From Botryllus schlosseri (lineage: Eukaryota): a DNA stretch of 64,000 nucleotides. The stretch spans positions 2,792,001-2,856,000 of the forward strand of contig CM119378.1 of the NCBI GenBank assembly GCA_051294905.1, in the 5' to 3' direction. The stretch's first letter is position 1; every line of letters starts with the position of its first letter. The notes beneath the pieces are model-generated. The model was not told the DNA's origin. It was given only the letters and a program-made list of their open reading frames with translations, and ran no database searches. Below are positions 36,391 through 48,438 of this stretch, one piece after another. Position numbers and translations under genes: made by a program.

Positions 36391-36823
36391 ATGGAAAATA
36401 AAGAGAAATGTGGACATGCATCTGGATACAATTATTGTCGAATGGGAATGACGGACAGTGATTTTCAATCAGCAGCGAAGGACTTGACTGAGTTTGTCGT
36501 GAACTACTATTCAAATTTAAACGAGATACATGCTAACCCGTCAGTAGAACCAGGTATACGCTATTAACAATGATATTAACTTAACCGGAATAGTTTTCTT
36601 TATGTATAGTATTCGCGACAAGCTTAATGACTTCCGTCTAACGGACTTGGATGGCTAGAATATTTCCTCTTTTCCAAATTAGATTAAAATAAGAATTACT
36701 GAATTTACAAAAAGTCGGAAATGTAATTGAATTCCTAGTTAAAAAGCAATACAAAACCATCAAATTCAGTTCATATCAAATCCGTGGTCAATATGGTCAT
36801 TATCATAAGTGTGAGAATATCTA

Positions 36824-36856
<33 letters not shown>

Positions 36857-39800
36857 TACGGCGAGTTTGATGCTATTCGCACTATACAGCTGTCTTGTAG
36901 CATTTTCGTCGAAACGGGAAATTAAATTATATTTAGAATATGAGCATAGAAACATTTCATGTATGATAGTTATCTAGTTGTACAAGTATGCCGTCTACTT
37001 TTCGCAGTTCAACAGCCAATATTACAGGAGGCACCATGAGTGTCCGAAATATACGTTTTTACTTCGTATCTCTAGTAGCTCTGTAGTAGCCATTCTTACT
37101 TCAATCCGCATTTTTCAGGATACATGAAATCGTTGCTGCCTGCGTCAGCTCCCGAGCAGCCAGACAAATGGGACGATGTATTCAAGGATTTTGACAAAAT
37201 CGTGATGGCAGGTCTCGCGCACTGGCAGTCGTCGCGCTTTTTTGCGTTCTTCCCGACTGCTACAAGCTACCCTAGCATTCTTGCCGATGTCTTGATCGAT
37301 TGCTGTTCATGCATGGGATTTACGTGGGTGAGAAATATCTTCGCCCAAATATTCGCCTAATCACAAAAATAAAAATGTACCACGTTACACATCTATTACA
37401 TTACTAAAAATATTTGTGCCTTCAACAGCAGAACAGAACAACAGGGACTAGCAACCCAAAAAATCAAAATTTCCGATTTTTTTCTGGTAGGAAATATTAA
37501 CATTGTATCTCTGCTGTCACCTCATGGCTTTGTTTCACCGAAACAATAACTAAAAACTGGAAAATTTCAATTTTATTTTCCTTTGATACTGGGGGGAGGG
37601 GGTTCAAGTTCCAAACTAAACATCGCAAATTTTGTCTGATAACTATATAAAATATATGGTTTGACCGGCATAAAATATATCTATTTATATTATCTCCGGG
37701 TACAAATTTGTTTGATTGTTATCAGTTGTCATTCAAGCATTCTGGCGCTCATTCTTATCATTACATCGGTAATACTTGTTCATTGACTTTTTACTTTGCA
37801 AATGTTTGTAAGTGTTTTTCTCAATTATGAAATTTTGTTTCGTCGCATCACGGTAAACCAAAACTTTGTATGAAATATTTCTCCCAAATGGTTCACTCAA
37901 GGTTTTTTGGGAAGCTGACATTCAGACCTGTGCTATGCTAAGGTTTTTTTGACATGGGTCTACCATGCTAAGAGTTACAGAACTTCAAAGCCAACAAAAT
38001 TTGGATTTTTTATTTCGAATGAAATTTCTCCGAGATGGGTGTGACATATTCCCTCGAAATTTAGCATAGCACAGCACTGATCTAGTACTTCCTAAATAAG
38101 GCGTTAGATCGAAAAAAAGGCTTCACAATTTCGAGAGTTTGCATTCCCCGTGTCGGTGCATTTTCTGTCCTTCCAATCCACTATATATGCCACAACATGC
38201 AGAGTAGAACCAAATATTTTTGTATGTAGCACAGCGACATCTGGCGACTGTGAAAATTTCATGGTGATTTGGGTAGCCATCAGACATGGGGTAATCGCGA
38301 TTAGTAATCGTAATCGATTACGACGATTACAGCATTTTCAAGTAATCGTAATCGCAATCGATTACATTCGAAAAAATTCCGAAGTAATCGTAATCGTAAT
38401 CGACTACTTCCCATATCTAATCGATTTCTTGGTGAACGAACGATTACTTTTTATTTGTACAAGGACTATGACATAAACAGAACATTCGTGAACAAGGAAG
38501 AGATATTATACCAGGTTCGTGATAGCACACACGTTTGATTTCCAAATGCTATTGCTCATTATTACGTCAGAAGTAGCCTATTAGCTTTGCTCGTCATTGC
38601 GTAAGAAGTATCCACAGTAAATAGATATTCGATGTACGTAGCCTACATTAGTGTGATTGTAAGAACACCCGCCGTGCTGTGTATCAGGTTATCAACACGT
38701 TCCACACGCCACTCCCTCGCAGCAGGATAATTAATCTCCATTCTGCCTAGTTTAAAATAGTAACTTATGTATTGATGTTTGGCTGTGCTTCGACGCAGTT
38801 TGACCGTTGCTACTTGGCGAGCAGGAGGCCTATGTAGTACGTACGTACACCGGACAAAGATTTGAAATTTTCTACTCCCCAAATAAAACATTAGGGTTTC
38901 CACAACAGAGCAGTAAAATCAACAGCTGGCGTATATATCATAACCGAGCCGTCTTTGCCGTTTCTCGTAACGGCAGCTTGCAGTACATTATCTGTATGAA
39001 GTTGAAGGCAAAATTTTATTTTCGCTTCGTCGGTCCCCGGCTTCATCTTATTCTCATATGACTCTACTCGAAACGGGCGTCAATCGTTATTTCATAATTC
39101 TTTACTCAGCATTGGGACTTGCCGCCATGGCCATGGGCTTCTATATCATGTTAGCGTGGGTTGTAGCTAGAATCTGGACCTAAACAGCAATTCGTCCCCT
39201 AGTCCAAACGTTAGTCTTTGGCCCCATAGATTGTTATTTTCAAGTTGAAGACTGAATTTCGTCAATATTATTGGTAATTGCATTATATTACTATTAATTT
39301 TTAATCCTGTCTCAGCCCCGATGGTCAGATTTACCTGTAGAGCTGGGAGCACGTAATTCATAATTATAACGTCCGGTATCTTGTTATTATTATTTTAGTT
39401 TATGTTGTAATTTGCGACCTCCGGTCTGTTATATAATTAAAAGATTTTGAAGTGGCGCAAAAACTATGGTGAGACGCACACACAAATGTCATGTTTTTAA
39501 TACTCTTTGGGTGCCCCGGGTGGCATTTGCATTATATGCTCAGATTGGAAGGACTGGACTATTAGTCACGTCCACCCAGCGTGGCTATTGACAATGGACA
39601 CATACCCAAAGTTTCGGCCGAGGTCTTTCTTTAGTAGCACACTTCGCGAAGTCGCATGTTGGTCGACACTGCGTTTGTATTTCGGTGTGTCGTGGCAAGG
39701 TATTGACTGGTACCTAAATGCCTATTACTATAAATTAGTTTGCATTTAAAACAAAAATCAATTTAAAACAGACATGTTTAAAACAAGGCCCTTGTTTAAA

Positions 39801-42800
39801 AAATGTTTTTTTAAAACCACGACGTCACGAATATAGAATTGTGACGTCCTAGTGCAGGGGTTCTCAACCTGGGGGGCGTGAAACATCTGGAGGGGGGCGC
39901 GAAGAAGCAGTCACCTGAAAAAAAAATTCGCGCTCTGCGCGATTTGCCTCCTATACACTCGTGTTTCTCTCTATATAGACCCAATTTCATAATTTTTTTC
40001 ATTCTCTCATCAACATTCATATCCGACCATATCACCAAACAATCTGTTGGGGTTGCTAGCATCCCAGTTGGATTTTGTGATATGACGATTAGGGGGGCGC
40101 GAAATTTTTCATTATCAAAAAGGGGGGCGTGTCTAAAAAAAGGTTGAGAACCACTGTCCTATAGTGAATTGAGAGTGGCAATAGAAAATGTAGGGTAAAT
40201 ATAGCTCCTTTGAAGAAACATCTTGACTATAACTGTGGAACAGACTATTTTGAGGGTTCCAACCATCCCATATCGATGTCCATCGGCCAAATCGGGTGGT
40301 AATTGTCCGTAGGCTCACACAACATGTTTTTGGAAAGTGTTTACTCAATTATGGCATAATGTTACAACTTAAAACACACACTTTAGTTTTTTTTTAAAGC
40401 CTTTGTTTCTAAAACACCCTTTAAAACATCTTTAAACAAAGTGTTTTAAATAACCATTTGTTTTAAATGCAACCCTACTATAAATTATTTATGCTTTTTT
40501 GTAGGGGGAGACGTATGCATTTCAAAATCAAGCTATCCAGAGAGAATGTCCAAGTTAATTAAATCTCTCGAAAAGACTTCATAATTTATGTTGGTTGAAG
40601 AAATACTTTTGAGTCCCCTTCGATATCGCTCCCCACCCTATTGGGAAATTTTTGGGGCGGCGGTTTTGTGCCTGGCAAGAATGCAAATCGTTGGGTGCGA
40701 CAAATCGACCTCTATAAAAATGGACAATCGGTACATTATGACGTAACAGGCAAATGACGCATCTTTTTTTAAAGCAAGTTTGTTATCTCATTAGGCCTTT
40801 TTAGAGCAATCCATATATTGTCTTCCGACATAATTTCTAAGATGCAAAATAAATGTAATCGTGAGTAATCGTGATTACTTTTCCAATGTAATCGTAATCG
40901 TAATCGACTACTTCCTGATTTTGCTGTAATCGTAATCGTAATCGTAATCGCGTCATTCAGAAGTAATCGTAATCGCAATCGATTACATTCATGAAGTAAT
41001 CACCCCATGTCTGGTAGCCATACGAAATTTAGGTTTTGGGGTTGCTAGTCCCCTTGAAACATGATTTCACACAAACCAAAAGGACTATAATCATTACTTG
41101 CTGCAAGCTAGTGTGACTTCTGTTGTAAGAGTCGAATGTGTGAGACTTGAGCCCCAGCAAACTTGGGTTAAGAACCGCTGATCTACCGTATTTCTGCAAT
41201 CCAACCTCTTCGTGTATGTAGAAAATTGACTTTTGAATTGTAGTAACTTTCTATCATTTTATTAAAGTCAAAACAAGCAATAGCTACAACTTCGAGCAAC
41301 AGGATACCAAACATGAGCGGAGTATAGAACAGGGGTCTCCAACTCAAATTGGGTCGCGGGTCACTTTTCAAGATTCGTAGAGGTCACAGGCCGCATGACT
41401 TCAATATCGAGATGAAAAAAAAATAGGCAACTCAGTTTAACAACAACGTTTTTTAACTCTACGTCAGTACAACACTGACATAGGCGATGGGCATAGTTAC
41501 CCCAAAAGAAATAACATTAAATTGAAGAAATTCAAATACAACAAAAAATATCATGATCATCACTTTCCTTCTGTTCTGAACTATATGAGTTGCGCACAAT
41601 ACCTGACAACACTCTTCAGCAACTAAAGCAGGGGCGGCCAACTTTTCTGCTCACGGCCGCATTTCGATTAGGCTACTTATGTAGTCTACGGCCGGATTCC
41701 AGTGCATTGTCGTAATGGACCAACTGGATGCAAAATACCCACGTTAAAATACCCATGTCCTTCGGCGCTGAACTCCAGACTAATATATATACTCATATCA
41801 GCTTACTATGCGCACCGAAATCGTGAGTAGTCATGTTATGAAGAGCCACCGGGATACGATTTCTAGTCGCGCGATGCGCTAAAATTTCTTCATATTTATG
41901 AGCGAATTTCGTCATTAATATTTGTATAGTTTATTAATGCCAAATATTTATCCTTTCTCAGCCTATCAGATGATCAGATTCAGCGGTAGCGTTGATCACG
42001 GGGGGGGGAGGGGGGTGTTTTCGAAAACTTAGGGAAGTCATTAATGCTGTAATGCATCTTTGGGTGGGCGGGCCGCGTGTTGGTAACTCCTGGTATAGAA
42101 TGACGCGTTAACGATAAGGCAACAGTGAACTGTGCGACGGAAGGCTAATCAAATGGAAATATTGATAGCTTGATTTACGGGTTAGCACAATATATTGCAT
42201 ACGAAAAACAATTTGAAATGCTAAAAGTTTACTTCAGTGTCGACATTTGCTTGATAGCAGGTTGCTCCTGGATGTTGTGTGTATTATTAACCAGTTGATC
42301 TATCAATTACTCATACCTCGTTGCAGAATTCAAGCCCTGCTTGCACTGAACTTGAGCCGATAGTCCTTGACTGGTTGGCGAAAGCAATAGGACTTCCGAA
42401 TGCCTTTATTTACGACGGCAAAGGCCCAGGCTGCGGAGTTATTCAAGGTAATTAATACCGGCTGCGACTGCGTATATAGCAGAGGTCTACAACTACACCT
42501 ACATTTTCAAGAGTAATTCGGAAAGAGCCATACATCGTTGTCAACTGCTCCGTCACAATCGATGACGTCATTGATGCATAATAAATATCTGTAAGTCAGG
42601 AGTGTTCACTCACACCATCCTTTATATTATTCACTGCCGCATTTTGATAACATTATAGCGTACAGCCGCATTACAGCGGGCAGTCATAACAACAAATAAC
42701 CACAATAAATTGGCCACTGCGGGACAATTCGCACCGCGGACAGCCCCTGTGATGTTTTGAGCAATCGCTGTTTTATTTCGAAATACCTTACGCATAATAT

Positions 42801-45800
42801 GTTGTAATTGTAAAAGCAGAACACACTATACGCACCGAAATCGCAAGTGTTATTGTTATTAAAAGATGTTGGGAGTGATTGTCTAGGATTTTCCTTTTCG
42901 GCTCGCATTTGTACGGTGGGGCTCAGATTGTTTGGACACTACTATATCAAAAACGGACATCACATCACGTCACGCCGAATCACGCGAAGTTGGATCCAAA
43001 ATTCTTGAGCGGATATAATTAAATTCTTTAATTCAAATTGTATGTTGACGACTGCGAACACACGCTAATTCAATTATCTGTAGACGGCCCGGCCGCATAA
43101 ATTTGTCATAATCAAGCCAGTTGCGTTGCATTTGAGCATCCGTCACAATGGAACACGACATTTGAGCATGTGACGCCTCGCTGCACGGTTCGCGAACCTT
43201 TTGCAAACTACATTTTTCTTTTCGTTCGAGCCGTGTGATATAGTAAACGGGCGAATTAGCTGCGTATTCTTCAGTGACACGACTTTCCGTTCCGACTTTC
43301 TCAGCTAAATACGATTATATCCAATACGAGGCGGTGCGGCCTGGGACTTCCTATGTAGGACCCTCATACTTAGGAATTGTGACGCCAATCGTTTTTAATA
43401 CGTCATAGTGGATATTCATGGCGTCACGCCACGTTTCGCGCGAAACGTTGGCCCATTTTCCTTTGCAACTCCAAAGAAACTCTAAACTTCTGAAACTATC
43501 CTTGAACTAACATCAGTTATGACGCTTCATTTACTTGATGAAGCGTGGCTGAAATAATAGTCAATGCACTCAGCACACATCGTCGAGGTTTCTATAAACC
43601 GCCTATGCTTATCTTTTATCTGCTGTCGATCTATATTTTTATTCACAGGAAGCGCGAGCGAAGCAACAATCATGACGGTGCTTGCGGCAAGAGCCAAAAC
43701 TCTTCGGACACTTGCGGTAAAATATCCTGGACAATCTCAGCACACTCTGCTGAGCAAACTAGTGGCTTATGCCTCGGAATGCAGTCACAGCTCGGTAGAG
43801 AGAGCTTGTAAGTAGAACAAAGGTCTCTATGTTCAACATTCGATAGGTTGATAAGGAACGGAGACGCAAATGGTGAGGCTTCCAGGAACCCTCATATCAC
43901 ACCCTAATAGCTGTATATTATATGTTTCAAAAAGGCGGAAAACAAGACATTTGGCATCGCGTCAAGTCTACAATAGTGGATAGATTTGGCCGAAGATAGT
44001 CAGTAATACGACAAACGTTTGACACATTTCACCATTATGCTTGTTGTAAAACCCTCGGATATATACTCATTTCATTTACTTCAGGTTTAATAGCGATGGT
44101 GAAATTAAACAAAGTACCCGTGGACGAAAATATCGCTGTGCGGGGAGATGCGCTTAAAGCCGCGATGGATAAGGATAGAAAGGACGGAATGATTCCGTTC
44201 TACGTGAGTTTTCACCTTATACAGCGTACATATTTTCGGCGGATAATAAACGAATACTACTGGTGCCGATACCGCATGGTATAGGTTTATATCGAAACTT
44301 TCAAAATCTGAATTTCAGGGAATGCCAGCCAAACAATTCAATCCACTCAGTCCAATTCCTGAAAATCAAATCAATTCGTTAAATTCAGTTATCGCCGACG
44401 ATCGGACGACGGACTAAATGTCCAGTAGAGTTTCAACCGTTTCGCACCGGCGTGTCTATTTTTCGACATGCCGGTACGAGAGAAGGGTGCCGTAATTGAA
44501 ACCACGATATATTACATATTAATCGTGCTAGGTCGTTGTTGTTCATTTCTGTGAATAGATATTGTTCGTACAAGTTCATTGATACCTTGTTATTTGATAT
44601 TTATTATATCGAAGACGTCAAAATCGTATAGCAAACACCGTAGATAATTATGTTGCAAAATGCACTGTGTCGGCAATTCGCGCGTCATTGACCACTCTCA
44701 GATAACGTTCTGTATGTTTCGTTCTAGCCGCCTTCGGGCATAGTTGTTTCATTATGTCAATAGCTAGTGTCCATACAAGTCCACACATATCTTCATATCT
44801 GATATTAGTTATATCTAAGCTGATCAAAAGCTATGTGATAGGCCGCGTGACAAAAATATCCGCCGAAGCATCATTTCGCAGACACGCGCGTTCCTCATAC
44901 CCGCCATTTACACTGTCGTTTAGTTGGTTTTATTCGTCATAACCAGCTGTAGTTTGTTGCTATGAATAGCGATTGTCAGTTTCTGTTTATATTGGGCTAA
45001 AGCAACTATACTAGTTAGTTCTAAACCGCTCAAGGTTTCATTTGAAAACCGGGAAGCGAATTCCGTCAGACTACCGTACCCGCCTCAAGCACATGGCTGA
45101 ATACCCGTCACATAACGTGAAATATATCGTGTTCTAATAGGCATACACCTTCATAGATTGTGTCTGTGAATTGTTGTTGTCTATATGATTCTAAATAACG
45201 GCTAATGGTAAAGTATAATTCGGAATACATACAATATTACTCAGCGATTATACCTACGCAAAAGCGTGCGTCTGGGTATACAAAGAGCTGTCGTACATCG
45301 ATTTATATCTTACGTTGTAGTAATGATAAGCATTTGCAGTAAATCATTATGGTATCATGGTATCATTATGGACTGTAAATATCCGTCTACGAACACTAAA
45401 ATGACTAATATAAGGTCACAACAGTTAGAGTTATAAGCCTTCGAAGTTACCATACGCGCGCGAATCACGCGCCATGACTCACTCTCTCTGCGGTCTGCCG
45501 CGAGCTGACTAAAACGGTCGGCATTGTTTTGATTAGAAATTAGCGCCTGCTAGACGTAGACCGTCGACTCAGGGCTCTCTAGAACGATGAATTTTGAGCC
45601 TATACAATACACCAGACTGTATGGTCGTCGAATACCTATACTAAGGTTCATAAGGTCCGCAATTTAGCATTTCTGTCTCCAACCAACGTTTTCACGGCTT
45701 GCTCTTGATATAAGTGGCCAGACACAGAGCTCAAAATGATTTGAGTGGCGCAATCGGATCCGCGTTGAAATTCTGAATCGAACGCTACCTTGTTTACCGG

Positions 45801-48438
45801 GCTCCAATCCCATTAAGGCACAGTTTTTCGATTTTGAAAATTGAAGTAAAATTTTTCGAAAATTGTAGCCGTTGCCATTCGGTTAATAAAAAATTCATCT
45901 TCTCAATGCACCACAAGATTGCGATACAATGAAAAGTTAGGAAAATGTCAAAACGACTTGAAGTAGTCTTTGAAATCAGACACCCTTTGGCCTGCAGGCG
46001 ATGTAAATAAGAGGCCAGCACAGCACACCCAATGAAAAGTGATAGAAGATAACATAAATGGACAAGCGACAATAATGTGGTGGCATGAGACGTAAGGCGA
46101 GTCGATATATCATATCGTGGCCCGGTAATCTCGAGCGATGACTATGATATTTAGACAAAACTGAACTACATGTAACGAAATAAATATACGATAGTGCTCA
46201 TTAACAGGTTTGTGCAACTCTAGGAACAACAGATTGCGCGTCTTTCGACAACATCGTTGAAATTGGTCCAGTCTGTGAGTCATCGTTTTTTGCTATTCAT
46301 GTACCGGAAACAATGTATCATTTCATTATTTTCTGTCCGGAATATCAATTTCATCGCAGAAGACGAATAAGCTATAGGCTAAACCTTCATTTTACACTTT
46401 GTGATGTGTTATCTAACCTCGACCTTTCGTCCGTTGTAGCTGAGTTTGTTATTTCTAGTAATCGATTCTTTTGAGTGCCCTCTGCCCGAATTTGTATGCT
46501 GTAGTCGATGGCACACAAAACCTTGACAGGTGATTAGTACAACCCTAAACTTTTCATCGGATTTCCAGGGCGTTCTTGTAGCTACTGCAATTGAGCGAGA
46601 TTTGTCCCAGGTTAATGCATTACCTTTCTGTACCCATTTTCTCGCTAGATACTAAAAGCTCCCACGTTTATCAAAACCATTTTCATTACAGTAATCGCAG
46701 CATGTGTATTGTGTAATGCAACCAAATAACTACAGCTTTGATCTCAAATGTACATTGCAAATATATCACAAGAATCAGATATGTCCAATGTCCATAAGTT
46801 GTTATCACTTGCCAGACTTGCGCATGCGTTAGAGTTAATTTTGTAGCTTCGGGTCGGAAAGTTACATGCATGATCAGGTGTCGGTCGAAAAGATAAACTT
46901 TGAAACTTTTTACGACAGTCACTGAACCTGAACAAGTATTTCTGTTTTGAAGGCGGTGCTGACGTTTGGTTACATGTAGACGCGGCCTACGCGGGTGCAA
47001 GTTTTATATGTCCTGAATATCGCCATTTCATGGAAGGGGTCGAGGTAACACAACAATCTCTTACCCGACTTCCATTCATATTAATATGCAAATCTTCATT
47101 ACAGATGGTTACGTCATTCAATTTCAACCCACACAAGTGGTTGATGGTCAACTTCGACTTTTCAGCGCTCTGGTGCGTGAACCTATTCTGATATAAATCG
47201 GATTGGGTATTAGCAGTGGTAGTCAAATTAGCCAGCGTTGCTACTCAAGTAGAAGTAGATGAAATACTAATCTTCTACTATGGTGTGTAGACATATTCAC
47301 GAAATGAATAAAATAAAATAAAACTATAGTAAGGTCGAATCTTAGAGCAATAGTTCGAGCGTGTGGAAGATTAACATGGTTATCAACACGATAAAATGTA
47401 CTTTTCTTTAATATCCATCGTTAAGTTAAGTTCAGATTTAATATCAACATTTATTAATAATGTCATCATTCCAAAAAACCGCGCTTCCCATGTAGCTAAC
47501 ATATATTTACAATCTCCATTGATAACTATGCCTATAAAGAAAACAATTATCCAATAAAATTTCATCAATCAAATTCTATATTATCATATTAGTCTTGCAG
47601 TTGAGCGAGGATAGATTTAAAATCGTTCGTTTCATTACTCTTATTAGTATCTAGTGAGTAAGTATCTAGTGAGAAAGTATAAATGCTTATAGCCTATGCA
47701 TGGTTCTTCAATACGCATTTCTCCCCAGGGTCAAGAATTGCGTAGATCTGATCAACTCGTTCAACGTGAATCCTGTCTACCTGCGCCATGAAAATCAGGC
47801 AACCACAATCGATTACAGGGTGATTAATTTTACTTTTAGTCGAAACCTCAACCAATATGTAACGCTGCGGTTTTATTTTATTCAGCATTGGCAATTGCCT
47901 CTCGGAAGAAGGTTCAGATCGTTGAAGCTTTGGTTCGTCATGAGAATTTTCGGAGTGGAAAATATGAGAAAACGCATTCGAGAGGACGTGCAACACGCAA
48001 AGACATTTGAAGAACTTGTGCGCGCTGATGATAGATTCGAAATCTGCTTCCCTGTGCATCTTGGTCTTGTCTGCTTTCGTCTTGTTGTGGCCGGAGAATG
48101 CGATGATGAGGTATCGTACAATCCACAAAACACTTCTTAGCAATCTATATCCTGGGATCAGTGATTTTGATAATTTATTCTCAGGCTCCACATATCAGCT
48201 GTATATGAAAAACTTGTCTATAGCTTCATTGCCTTTTCAGAAAATCAACAAAGTTAATCAAGACTTACTGGGTCGCATCGTCGACTCGAAAGAAATTTAC
48301 ATTGTCGGTTCCCGTGTACGCCAGCGATTTCACCTACGTCTTGTCACCGGATCAGTGGGTTGCGATGACAAAGCAGTCAAATTCGCGTGGAAAAGTATTC
48401 AGAAACATGCATGTTCTGTACTGCGTGAGATTGTATAG
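36391..48438 (+). CDS. DDC: Aromatic-L-amino-acid (DOPA) decarboxylase-like, copy 1; complete, 11 coding exons, 503 aa
   Basis: Exons 36391-36553, 37119-37327, 42327-42447, 43649-43807, 44085-44203, 46208-46274, 46953-47044, 47105-47172, 47729-47819, 47886-48110, 48241-48438 (1512 nt, open). Motifs: [62 protein letters not shown] (PLP lysine), [28 protein letters not shown] at 48580. Confidence 0.96.
36824..36857. repeat. (GT)n microsatellite
   Basis: Directly visible. Confidence 0.9.
39736..40477. mobile_element. hAT MITE nested in 38281-41013
   Basis: TIR TAG.(T/G)TGCATTTAAAACAAA; perfect TSD CTATAAAT. Confidence 0.9.
39855..40156. mobile_element. hAT (Buster-like) MITE nested in 39736-40477
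   Basis: TIR CAG(G/T)GGTTCTCAACCT; flanks TCCTAGTG / TCCTATAG. Confidence 0.85.
41330..42092. mobile_element. hAT (Buster-like) MITE
   Basis: CAGGGGTCTCCAAC...GTTGGTAACTCCTG; perfect TSD GTATAGAA. A second left end lies inside at 41629. Confidence 0.88.
45890..46150 (-). mobile_element. 3' end of a CR1/L2-like LINE (same family as 33070-33350)
   Basis: Colinear with 33110-33355 (TCAATGCACCACAA..GCGATACAATGAAA..GGCGATGTAAA..TCGTGG.CCGGTAATCT). Confidence 0.75.

Larger units (their letters stand above)
38281..41013. mobile_element. hAT non-autonomous element with (GTAATC)n subterminal repeats
   Basis: TIR CAGACATGGGGT; perfect TSD GTAGCCAT (38273-38280, 41014-41021). Confidence 0.93.
37443..41054. 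mobile_element. Inverted-repeat DNA element (possibly Kolobok-like), outer layer of the nest in DDC-1 intron 2
   Basis: AGGGACTAGCAACCCAAAA..AAATTTC at the left end and its reverse complement at 41025-41054. TSD not recognisable. Confidence 0.65.
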
